DNA from: Nitrospirales bacterium
GTDB lineage: Bacteria; Nitrospirota; Nitrospiria; Nitrospirales; UBA8639
DNA length: 64,000 nt
Assembly: GCA_965223295.1 (NCBI GenBank)
Contig: CBDCWC010000003.1
Span: forward strand, 896,001-960,000
Direction: 5' to 3'
Below are positions 18,625 to 27,751 of this stretch, in pieces. The notes under the pieces are model-generated. The model did no database searches, had not been told where the DNA came from, and saw only the letters and a program-made list of their open reading frames with translations. The first letter of the stretch is position 1, and each line of letters begins with the position of its first letter. The translations under genes and the position numbers were made by a program.

Positions 18625-20619
18625 TTGTTCATGGCCAAGACCCCAGAAAAAGAAATAGGCCAAGATAGGGCTTCTGCCAGAATTTCTCCTTCCGCCATGG
18701 CCCTCGAAGAACTTCGGCAGCTGCTTCTGGCTCCGGAGCAAGCACAACTTGGAAAGATGAAAGAGCGGCTTGATGCGCTCAACATAGGGCCTACCGAAGT
18801 TGGTGATGTCTTATCAGAGGCTATCCGCTACCAGTCTCAAAAGAATAATGACCTAAAAGACTCTCTGACGCCTATCATACAAGATGAGTTTAGCGAAACA
18901 TTTCCCGGAGCCTTTAAGCGCTCTGTTAGAGAAACGCCTGGCATCATATCGGACGCTGTCTCCCCAATACTCGTACCCACTCTGAATAAAGAATTTCAAA
19001 GAGAATTTCCTCAAACATTCCTGCGGGCAGTAAAAGAGAATCCAAACGCTTTGGCTGAAGCTGTCAGCCCCATCATCATGTCAGCATTGGGAAAATGGAT
19101 ACAGAAACAAATCGAAGAAAAGGTTCAAGTAGTGTCCCAATCGAAAATTGGTGAACTGGTCCAAACCGTGAACCAAGCCCTGGAAAAGGAGTCCCCTATT
19201 CAACGGTTGAAATGGCGATGGCAAGCTTTCTGCACAGGAATGCCTTATGAGGATATTCGTCAGGCCTACTTATTTGCACATTTCAAAGTGATGCATGTGT
19301 TCCTCATCCATGCAAAAACTGGGATTTTATTAAATAGAATATCAGGGCGTGATGAGACAGATCTACGTGAAGACATTGTTGCAAGCATGTTAGGGGCCGT
19401 AAAAAAAGTCCTTGAAGACATTGGAGAGAAAACAGATCCAAATGAGAATGATCGACTCCAAGTGTTAGAATTCCAAAAGAAAAGATTTTATATCGAAATG
19501 GGGCAAGATGCTCTTATAGCTGTGGTGATCAAACAAGATCCTCCTCCAAAATGGAGAGAAACAATACGGGAGACCCTTAGAGTTATTCACCAGAAATTTG
19601 GTTCTAAGCTTGAAAAGTTTAACGGAAACATGGATGGGTATGAACAAACTACTCCTTTCCTCGAACAAATATTAGATAGTCCACGAAACTCTGAAAATGA
19701 AACTTTCAAGAATAAGAAAATTTCAAAAAGCTGGCTAGCTGTGGCAGGAGTCATTCTACTGTTGGGGTATTGGATTGGAGTAGGAATTTATAACAACTAT
19801 ATTTGGAACAAGTTCGTAGGACTTGTCCAGGATTTTGATGAAAATGAGGTAGGTTTATTTATTACCACCGTGGGAAAAGATGCAGAAGACAAACTCTCAA
19901 TCAAAGGATTTTTGGCTCCATCATTTGAAAGAGAAGAATTGGAAACAGGTATTAGAAAAATTGGGGAATCCGTCGGAATAAATCCCCATTCCCTTGATTT
20001 TAATTTCACACCATTTTTCCCTCTTTCACCTGAATATGTTCTGCGATTGGCTAAAGCACTTCTTGCCCCACCTGATTCCGTCAAACTTTTGGTGATAAAC
20101 GATGGGGTTTTACAAGCATCTGGAGTGGCAAGTGTGGCTTGGATAAACGATTTTCGCACCCGGGCAAAGTACTTGCCTGGAATTTCCACGATAAAAGAAG
20201 AAAAGCTCCATTATCGAGGGCAAAGAAAAATGCTTGAACTTAAGAAGACTATTGAGAGTTTTGAATTATATTTTCCTCGGGGAGAGAGCATTGTCAATCG
20301 AGATTCAGACCAACAGATTGAAACCTTATCAAAAAATATCGTGCACCTTGATAGGATCGCTGATGAGATTAAGGGGAAAATAGTATTAGAGATTCATGGG
20401 CATGCGAGCCAAGATGGCTCCTCAGAACTTAACGAGCGAATCAGTTTGCAAAGAGCCAAGAATTTGAAGAATGCGCTCAACCTTTTTGAACTACAAAATA
20501 TTGAAATTCGGACAAAAGCAAAAGGTACTCAATTCCTAGAAAAGTTTAGGGAGAAAGGTGAGGAAAAGAATTTTATGACAAACCGAAGAATTTCACTTCA
20601 CGTTCTCACTCAAGAATGA
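18625..20619 (+). CDS. Inner-membrane protein: helical repeats, roadblock/longin-like domain, TM helix, C-terminal OmpA-like peptidoglycan-binding domain
   Basis: 'HVFLIHAKTGILL..DIVASMLGAV' segment; TM 'WLAVAGVILLLGYWIG'; 'IHGHAS.DGS.ELN.RIS.QRA' and 'NRRI' OmpA motifs. Confidence 0.8.
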   Translation: MFMAKTPEKEIGQDRASARISPSAMALEELRQLLLAPEQAQLGKMKERLDALNIGPTEVGDVLSEAIRYQSQKNNDLKDSLTPIIQDEFSETFPGAFKRSVRETPGIISDAVSPILVPTLNKEFQREFPQTFLRAVKENPNALAEAVSPIIMSALGKWIQKQIEEKVQVVSQSKIGELVQTVNQALEKESPIQRLKWRWQAFCTGMPYEDIRQAYLFAHFKVMHVFLIHAKTGILLNRISGRDETDLREDIVASMLGAVKKVLEDIGEKTDPNENDRLQVLEFQKKRFYIEMGQDALIAVVIKQDPPPKWRETIRETLRVIHQKFGSKLEKFNGNMDGYEQTTPFLEQILDSPRNSENETFKNKKISKSWLAVAGVILLLGYWIGVGIYNNYIWNKFVGLVQDFDENEVGLFITTVGKDAEDKLSIKGFLAPSFEREELETGIRKIGESVGINPHSLDFNFTPFFPLSPEYVLRLAKALLAPPDSVKLLVINDGVLQASGVASVAWINDFRTRAKYLPGISTIKEEKLHYRGQRKMLELKKTIESFELYFPRGESIVNRDSDQQIETLSKNIVHLDRIADEIKGKIVLEIHGHASQDGSSELNERISLQRAKNLKNALNLFELQNIEIRTKAKGTQFLEKFREKGEEKNFMTNRRISLHVLTQE

Positions 20620-20644
20620 GAACAGAATTAGGGTACTTACTTCT

Positions 20645-21226
20645 ATGATTAAATATAGGGTATGCCTTATTGGTGCAACTGCGGTAGGAAAAACAGCTAT
20701 TTTTCATAGGCTATTAACAGGATACTTTGATCCGAATTATGTTACGACTATTGGAGTAGCTACAGATGAGTACATCTATAAAGATGAGGAAACGGAAGTC
20801 CATTTAAATTTAATTGATACAGAAGGTCACGATGGTTTTCAGGCGCTTAGGTTAGACCACCTTAAAGATTCACATGGGTATTTTTTAGTTATCGATGGAA
20901 CTCGTATTGAGACGCTCGAGATTGCAACCCTACTCCTCGAAAAGGCAAAAAACTTACTTGGAAATGCAGTGCCTTTTGTGTGTTTGATGAATAAGTATGA
21001 TCTAAGAAATCTTTGGAAGATAGATGAAAAGACGGTGAATATCCTGAAGAAAGAAGGATGGGATATATTTGAAACCAGTGCGAAATCTGGGGAAGGATTA
21101 GTAAAAGCCATGAGAGCTTTGGTGAAAGAAATTATACACAGCATGGCATTGGCAAAAAACCATGGTGAGGTGGTGGACCCTGTCAAGGCTTCAATGGAAA
21201 AAATGATTAGAGAGCTGGATTCATAA
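20645..21226 (+). CDS. Rab/Ras-like small GTPase (prokaryotic Rup-type)
   Basis: G1 GATAVGKT, G2 YVTTIG, G3 DTEG, G4 NKYD, G5 TSAK; standalone, 193 aa. Confidence 0.92.
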   Translation: MIKYRVCLIGATAVGKTAIFHRLLTGYFDPNYVTTIGVATDEYIYKDEETEVHLNLIDTEGHDGFQALRLDHLKDSHGYFLVIDGTRIETLEIATLLLEKAKNLLGNAVPFVCLMNKYDLRNLWKIDEKTVNILKKEGWDIFETSAKSGEGLVKAMRALVKEIIHSMALAKNHGEVVDPVKASMEKMIRELDS

Positions 21227-21445
21227 ACTACAAGACAGTACTAGCTTTTCAAAGCAAGTGGGGTGGGAACTTCGGGAAAGCACAGAAGTGGAACACAAAA
21301 AAGCAATGCAGCGCGTTTTCTCCCTTATATGAAAATTTCCAATATTCTAAAGAACGTCGCATGTTCGAGAAAGGACAGAGTAGCCTGTCGGATAAAATTG
21401 AAAACAGAAGATTTCGAACACCAATAGTCACTTTCTTGGTAAAGA

Positions 21446-22687
21446 GTGATTCACTGTATGGAAGAATCTGATACAAAATCTCACATCATATTTAATCTGT
21501 CAGACGACATCTTCCCAGACTTAGACCTTCTCTCCCTCAAGTGGGTTGATCCCCCCGGCATTCTGCAGGTTGTTGGGAAAGTTCCTCAATGGCTATCTTC
21601 GTTTCAAATAGATCCTCATCATAATTTTTCACCCCTACAATTTATACAGCAATCGCATCTCCTTAAACATGCTTTCGCGAGGGCGCAAGAGTTCTGGAAT
21701 CGGCAAGAAGATGGCCAATGGAGGTCCGGTCCGCTGCAGGAACCCAAATTCATGGGAAGTAATATGCGCCTAGAAGCTACTGCCTTTCTCATTGGGCAAG
21801 AAAAATTTCTCCATATCAAAAAGTTGGGTTGGGAGTTTGACGAACTTCGGCGTGGAAGACAACAGCAGAGGGAAGCACTTCTCTTAAAGAGAAGTGAACC
21901 CGAGAAAGTTGAATTAAAATATTACGATGGACCTGATTTAATCGGGAAAAGTCCATCGATGCAAAATATCTATTCTCAAATCAAGGAAATTGCTTTTGGA
22001 GGGAAAACGATTTTGATTGAGGGTGAGCCTGGCACTGAGAAAGAATTGGTAGCGCGGGCCATTCATTCCGCAGGTCCTCGCAAAAAAGCTCCCTTTATCC
22101 TGTCAAAACCTGAAGATTTTTTAAAGAGAGGCTTAAAAGCCAGACAGTCAGACTCTACAGAAATGTTACAAGAGAAGTGGTCGCTTCACGATTTAATATG
22201 CGTCAAAAAAGCTAAAGAAGGGACTCTTTTCGTAAAATCCTTTGAAAAAATTTTGGAGAATGATGATAAAATTTTTTCTCGAGAAATTTTTCCGGGGATG
22301 AAAGCAAAACGATCAGAGAGTATTGCCGAAACTCCACATGTTCTGCAATGGGTTTTGGCGGTCAACTGCCCTCTCAAAAAGTTAGTGGCTAAAAACTTTC
22401 TTGATCTCGATATTCTCTGTCAAACAAGTATTAACTGGCTCCAAATCCCCGCCCTAAGATACCGGAAGGAAGATATCCCTCTCCTCTGTACACAATTTTT
22501 AGCCCACCGTCGTGTCAGGACCGGAAAGTGGAGGATTCAAGAAATAGAAGAAAATGCTTTAGATCGACTCTGTGCCTACGAATGGCCTGGCAATGTGGAT
22601 GAACTGAAACAAGCGCTTTACCAAGCATTCGATCAATGTAGAGGGGAGAAAATTCAAGTAGACGATCTTCCCTCCACTGTCATCTGA
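21446..22687 (+). CDS. Degenerate sigma54-interaction (bEBP-like) protein with an N-terminal sensory domain
   Basis: 'LIGKSPSM', 'GEPGTEKELVARAIH', 'PALRYRKEDIP' and 'WPGNVDEL' present; no GAFTGA, Walker B altered, no HTH. Confidence 0.8.
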   Translation: MIHCMEESDTKSHIIFNLSDDIFPDLDLLSLKWVDPPGILQVVGKVPQWLSSFQIDPHHNFSPLQFIQQSHLLKHAFARAQEFWNRQEDGQWRSGPLQEPKFMGSNMRLEATAFLIGQEKFLHIKKLGWEFDELRRGRQQQREALLLKRSEPEKVELKYYDGPDLIGKSPSMQNIYSQIKEIAFGGKTILIEGEPGTEKELVARAIHSAGPRKKAPFILSKPEDFLKRGLKARQSDSTEMLQEKWSLHDLICVKKAKEGTLFVKSFEKILENDDKIFSREIFPGMKAKRSESIAETPHVLQWVLAVNCPLKKLVAKNFLDLDILCQTSINWLQIPALRYRKEDIPLLCTQFLAHRRVRTGKWRIQEIEENALDRLCAYEWPGNVDELKQALYQAFDQCRGEKIQVDDLPSTVI

Positions 22688-22722
22688 ACCGGTTCAACGA
22701 ACGCTAAAAATATTTCGAAATT

Positions 22723-22758
22723 AAAAAAGTGCGAGGCCCCAAAAACCTCGCCCTTTTA
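22723..22758. terminator. Probable bidirectional terminator
   Basis: A tract, gcgagg-loop-cctcgc stem, T tract; lies between convergent genes. Confidence 0.55.
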
Positions 22759-22779
22759 ATACAAACCTTGGCGCTTTGG

Positions 22780-23091
22780 TTAGAACCGGTTGCCCCGGCC
22801 ACCTCTATCTCCACCACCATAGCCACCACCGCCTGTCCGGGGAGCTTGGGGCCTGGCTTCATTCACCGTTAATGTTCGGCCACCAAACTCCGTTGAGTTG
22901 AGGGCGGAAATGGCCGCTTGCGCTTCTTCGTTAGACGACATTTCGACAAATCCAAATCCGCGTGATTGGCCTGTGAATTTGTCACTAATGACGTTGGCCG
23001 ATTGGACCGTTCCGTGTGACGAAAACAGATCCGTTAATTCAACTTGTGTTGCCGAGTATGGCAATCCACCGACATACAATTTTGAACCCAT
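22780..23091 (-). CDS. RRM RNA-binding protein with a Gly-rich tail
   Basis: RNP2 LYVGGL, RNP1 RGFGFVEM. Confidence 0.95.
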   Translation of the reverse strand: MGSKLYVGGLPYSATQVELTDLFSSHGTVQSANVISDKFTGQSRGFGFVEMSSNEEAQAAISALNSTEFGGRTLTVNEARPQAPRTGGGGYGGGDRGGRGNRF

Positions 23092-23450
23092 GGGGCTCCT
23101 CCTTGTGAAAAAATGATAGTGTCTAAGGCTCGAGAAGAGTAAACCATTAGGAAGGAGTAGTCCGCGGAAGCAAGATTCAGGCGACTGAGGTTAAATACTT
23201 CCGAGTATTTTCTCGGGCAAAACAACACCGATGATGGGCTTTGAACAGTTCATGGCGTATCACCAAAGCCCCATATGATAAGCTGGGTGAGCCTAGCATA
23301 CGAAAAGAATAATAGATAGCAGATTTCACGAGAAGCCAAAGAATTCATTCACCCGGTCAATATCCTTGCCCTCGATATAGAGACCTTGAATAGCGGGACC
23401 AACCAGTACGCAAATCTATGTTCTTGATGGTATAAATGAAAGAATGAGGA

Positions 23451-25094
23451 TTAGCTGTGATTGTGCCACTTTCGCCCATCTTTGGCTAACAAGGCATCGG
23501 CTTCAGATGGGCCCCAAGACCCTGCGGCGTAATTATGGATGGCATGAGTTCCCAAGCTATCCCAGACTTTGAGAATGGGATCCACGACGCTCCAGCCTAA
23601 CTCGACATTATCGCTGCGTTGAAAGAGCGTGGCATCTCCTGCCATCACATCGTGCAACAGTGTTTCATAGCCAGTACTCGGAGCATCACCAAAGTATTTG
23701 GCATATTGAAAATCCATGTCCACATTTCCCACTTGCACTTGCGGACCAGGAATCTTCGCACCGAAACTTAATGAAATGCCTTCATCGGGTTGGACACGAA
23801 TGACTAGAACATTCGGCGTCAACCGATCGACTGGGGTATTGCGAAACAACATGAGTGGGGCTGACTTGAATTGAATGACAATTTCTGTGACCCGTTTATT
23901 CATTCGTTTTCCTGTCCTGAGATAAAACGGGACCCCTTCCCAGCGCCAACTTTCGATAAATAACGTCATGGCGGTGTAGGTTTCTCTAAGAGAATTTGGG
24001 GAGACATTCTCTTCAGACCGATATGGAGGAACGTGGTGCCCATTGCACAAGCCTTCCACGTATTGGCCAGCGACCGTAGAATGTAAGACATTCACAGGAT
24101 TCATGGGTTGAATGGCACGAAGCAGTTTGGCCTTTTCATTACGCACCGCTTCAGCATCAAACTCATTCGGAGGTTCCATTGCCACGTAAGCCAAAAGCTG
24201 CAGTAAATGATTGGGCACCATGTCCCGCAAGGCACCTGATTTATCGTAATAAGCCCCACGATGTTCAACCCCTAACGTTTCAGCCACGGTAATTTGCACA
24301 TGGTCAATATATTGTCGATTCCAGATTGGCTCAAAAATACCGTTGGCAAATCGAAAGACCAAGATATTCTGGACGGTCTCTTTTCCTAAATAGTGATCGA
24401 TGCGATAAATCTGACTTTCGTCTAAGACGGCTCGTAACGTCTGGTTCAAGGATTGAGACGACGCCAAATCATGTCCAAAAGGTTTTTCGATCACAATGCG
24501 TCGAGAATATTCTTTCTCATGCTTGACTAATCCTTTAGCGCTCAGTTGTTCGGAAATTTCTCCAAAAAATGCGGGAGCGGTGGCCAGATAGTAGAGAAAA
24601 TTCCCACAGGTACCATATCGCCCGTTTAACTCTGTGAGCGTGTCATGTAGCAGCTGGTAAGTTTGGGGGTCCCGAAAATCTCCCGATAGGTAATACAACC
24701 GGTCAAGCAGCCATTCTTTGATTGTGGGATCAATAGACCGAATTGAAAGCTCCTGAATATCGCGACTTATTTTTATCCGAAAGTCTTCGGTATTCATCGC
24801 AATACCATCGACTCCCAAAACAGCAAATTCTTGTGGAAGATGCCCGCTAGCGGCCAAATTATAAAGGGCCGGAATCAACTTACGTTTCGTCAAGTCTCCT
24901 TGCGCACCAAAAATAACAAACAACGTGGGCGGTCTTGTCTTCCCGTTGTTATGTTGTTGAAAAAGGAAGTTGTGCTTTTGATGAATGTCTGACCCTGTAT
25001 CTCCAAAGAACTCGTCTGCCGATGAAGGAAGCTCCATAGAAAACCCAGGTTGATTTGATGATTCTAAGGAAATTTTTTTTTGCGGTATATCCAT
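23451..25094 (-). CDS. zwf: Glucose-6-phosphate 1-dehydrogenase
   Basis: GAQGDL, EKPFG and RIDHYLGKE motifs. Confidence 0.96.
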   Translation of the reverse strand: MDIPQKKISLESSNQPGFSMELPSSADEFFGDTGSDIHQKHNFLFQQHNNGKTRPPTLFVIFGAQGDLTKRKLIPALYNLAASGHLPQEFAVLGVDGIAMNTEDFRIKISRDIQELSIRSIDPTIKEWLLDRLYYLSGDFRDPQTYQLLHDTLTELNGRYGTCGNFLYYLATAPAFFGEISEQLSAKGLVKHEKEYSRRIVIEKPFGHDLASSQSLNQTLRAVLDESQIYRIDHYLGKETVQNILVFRFANGIFEPIWNRQYIDHVQITVAETLGVEHRGAYYDKSGALRDMVPNHLLQLLAYVAMEPPNEFDAEAVRNEKAKLLRAIQPMNPVNVLHSTVAGQYVEGLCNGHHVPPYRSEENVSPNSLRETYTAMTLFIESWRWEGVPFYLRTGKRMNKRVTEIVIQFKSAPLMLFRNTPVDRLTPNVLVIRVQPDEGISLSFGAKIPGPQVQVGNVDMDFQYAKYFGDAPSTGYETLLHDVMAGDATLFQRSDNVELGWSVVDPILKVWDSLGTHAIHNYAAGSWGPSEADALLAKDGRKWHNHS

Positions 25095-25179
25095 CAGCTC
25101 CCCAATTTTTCTTAGTTAGAAATGAAGAGGGCCTCAGCCGGGAACCTGAGGCCCAACACAGCAAACCAGCTTGAAGGTA

Positions 25180-25629
25180 TTATACCACTTGCATCACTAA
25201 ATTGTTTAAATGTTCCATTCCAATACAGTCGAGAATGCAATAAGCACGATATTGAGAACCTTCTTTACCAATTTGAAAGGCGATGCTGGTTTTTTGACTA
25301 AACATCCAGATCTTTTCTGACTCCTTGGTCCATCCATCTCCCGTTATGGCCACTTGATGAGTATCGCCATAAGCCAGGCTAGCCATTTTTTCATCAAACA
25401 CAAAATTGATGCGGACAACTTTGCCTTGAGGTAACTGAAGCACATGTTTTGGACCATAAACTTTGCCGTTTTTATCCAGGAATCCCTGCTGATTGACTCG
25501 AACAGTTAATTCGAGATCAATTTGTTGAGATGTTGATGATGAGGCTAACGCCATTGGAAGCGAGACAAGACTCGTTGAAAATGTCAGGACCGTAGCCAAT
25601 GCGAAGATCTTACAGAAGTCTTTAATCAT
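25180..25629 (-). CDS. Secreted cupredoxin-like protein
   Basis: Signal peptide; 'DTHQV' His and a C-terminal 'YCILDCIGMEH' Cys-x3-Cys-x4-His motif; start MIKDF after an AAGGAG SD. Confidence 0.6.
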   Translation of the reverse strand: MIKDFCKIFALATVLTFSTSLVSLPMALASSSTSQQIDLELTVRVNQQGFLDKNGKVYGPKHVLQLPQGKVVRINFVFDEKMASLAYGDTHQVAITGDGWTKESEKIWMFSQKTSIAFQIGKEGSQYRAYCILDCIGMEHLNNLVMQVV

Positions 25630-25699
25630 GTGAAATTCTCCTTTAGAAAAGTGTCTAATGTTTATTCGTGATTGATAGACCTGTTCTCCTAGGATGGTC

Positions 25700-25972
25700 T
25701 TACCCAATCACATTTGGGCCGATGGCGCTGAGTTCATCTTGATGCTGACGAATGGTTTGCTTGTGAATCTGCTGTGCCTCTTGCGTATGAATACATTTTT
25801 GTTCGCAGGTTTCAACAGGAGTGTTTGGGGAGCAGTCGGAGCACCTCGTTGCTTCAAGGCCGCCATGCTCGGCGCCACGAAATACGTTAACTTCAAAAGT
25901 GACCTCACAGTTTTTCTGTGACACTGGACATTCCAGTAAGGTCTTGCTCTGTGGAACATGCTGTTTCATCAT
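25700..25972 (-). CDS. Small Cys-rich protein (possible metal binding)
   Basis: CP..C, CSDC and CEQKC motifs; AGGA SD. Confidence 0.6.
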   Translation of the reverse strand: MMKQHVPQSKTLLECPVSQKNCEVTFEVNVFRGAEHGGLEATRCSDCSPNTPVETCEQKCIHTQEAQQIHKQTIRQHQDELSAIGPNVIG

Positions 25973-26004
25973 TGTTTCCTTTCTTTTATGATTAATGGGA
26001 GATA

Positions 26005-26021
26005 AGCAATGTTCGTGCCTA
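26005..26021 (-). promoter_or_regulatory. Sigma54 (-24/-12) promoter
   Basis: Minus strand taGGCACGaacaTTGCt, exact GG-N10-GC spacing, about 33 nt upstream of the start at 25972. Confidence 0.7.
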
Positions 26022-26166
26022 TGACATTCACTATTTCGTCACCGCAAGATCTAAAAACCTTATAAAAAGATCAGGAAGCGAGCAGAAGGGCGGCGAAGAA
26101 GGTCCTCAGAGGATAGTAGGGATTTTCATTTCGAAAAACCCTATTGAAATAGGAGCTTCATCTCTC

Positions 26167-26252
26167 CTTCGGCAACCCGGCTGTCAGGAATTATTCAGGC
26201 CTGATCCGTGGTTTTGCGTCCCGTCTTTCAACGGTTAGCCTTTTCGGGAAAG
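26167..26252 (-). ncRNA. c-di-GMP-I (GEMM) riboswitch
   Basis: Minus strand aaaGGCTAACCgttGAAAgacGGGACGCAAAaccacggatc..gacAGCCGGGTTGCCg fits the GEMM-I consensus (GNRA-capped P2, GACGCAAA junction, closing GGGTTGCC). Confidence 0.85.
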
Positions 26253-26715
26253 AAGGTTCGTTGTCGGTGTTAGACTAAACGAATATCGTATAGAGACAGG
26301 GATATATCGGAAATTACCCGAAAAACTTGATACACCTGTAAAAAAGAACAAGTCGAAGGAATTGAGCATTTCTAGTATTGTCATTCATTTCTATATAGAC
26401 ATTGCTATTCATGCCTTTCCCATAACGTGGAGTACTGTACTTTTAAAGGCCAACTACCGATCAAGTCAGCATTGTTCCAAGAGAAAGCCTACATACTGAA
26501 AGCTCACAAAACCTTCCTGATTTTCTCTTCAAGGGCTAAAGCTTCTATCAAATACATTCCCACAAGAACTACCTTCAATCTTTCGAACATACTCTCCTGC
26601 CCTCATTTTACCCAAGACAGAAATCTGCCCTAAGGCATACCCTAGATTTCCTTTAAGGTTTAGTCGCAATCCCGTACAATACTTTGGCTAGAGATTCTTT
26701 AAGAGAACCACAATC

Positions 26716-27636
26716 ATGAAGAAATTAGTGAGTTTATCTAAACGAACTAGGGTCCTTGTCCATGGTGGGGCTGGAGGAAGGCAGTCAACTACCGCTCAAA
26801 GAAAATGTATCTCTGACACACTCACGTTAGGGATGAAATTATTGCAAAAGGGGCAGTCGGCTTTAGATGCTGTAGAGATGATGATTCAGTACCTTGAAGT
26901 GTCTGGGCGCTTTAACGCCGGGATCGGTTCAAAGCAACAACTTGACGGATGCCAAAGAATGGATGCAGCCTTGATGGAAGGAGCCCTTCTACAAGCTGGC
27001 GCTGTTGCTGGATTGGAAGGTATCTGTCATCCAATTTCAGCGGCGCGCGTGGTATTGGAAAAAACCGACCATGTACTAGTCATCAGCTCACATGCTTCGA
27101 TGCTTGCCCAACACTTCGGTCTTGAACGAGTAGAAAATTCAAGAAAACCCCAAAGGCAACATCGAGCAAGTGTCATTCAAACGAAAAATGCTAAAACACT
27201 CGCCCTCTATAGAAGAATGGCTACATATGATACCGTTGGCGCTGTCGCACTTGATGAATGCGGAACACTCGCAGCAGGCGCATCGACAGGTGGAGTGTCG
27301 ATAATGCTACCGGGACGAGTCGGAGATTCCCCATTAATTGGGGCGGGAGTGTACGCAGATAATGAAGCCGGGGCTGTTTCCATGACTGGACTAGGTGAAG
27401 GCATCATACGACTAGCCATGGCCAAGCATATAGTGTTGGAGATGAAGAATGGTCAGACACCTTTAGTAGCCTCACGCAATGCGTTGAAATCGTTGGTGAA
27501 AAGAGTCCAAGGAGAAGCAGGTTGCCTCGTGCTTGGACCTAATGGACAGTTTGCCATACGTCATGTCACGCCCTATATGATCGCAGGACATTGGAATGGA
27601 AGAGGGAACCCATTTGTCGCAGACCGATTCGGATAA
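26716..27636 (+). CDS. iaaA: Isoaspartyl peptidase / L-asparaginase (Ntn hydrolase)
   Basis: HGGAG, FNAG, DTVGAVA and GRVGDSP motifs. Confidence 0.92.
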   Translation: MKKLVSLSKRTRVLVHGGAGGRQSTTAQRKCISDTLTLGMKLLQKGQSALDAVEMMIQYLEVSGRFNAGIGSKQQLDGCQRMDAALMEGALLQAGAVAGLEGICHPISAARVVLEKTDHVLVISSHASMLAQHFGLERVENSRKPQRQHRASVIQTKNAKTLALYRRMATYDTVGAVALDECGTLAAGASTGGVSIMLPGRVGDSPLIGAGVYADNEAGAVSMTGLGEGIIRLAMAKHIVLEMKNGQTPLVASRNALKSLVKRVQGEAGCLVLGPNGQFAIRHVTPYMIAGHWNGRGNPFVADRFG

Positions 27637-27751
27637 GGACAGCCTTATAAAGAAAGAGGGCCCAAGATACATGATGCAAAACGCTTAAAAAACTTAGTAC
27701 AGTGCTTTTACCCTCGATTTCTGAGTTATTCAGGATTTATCATTAGATACG

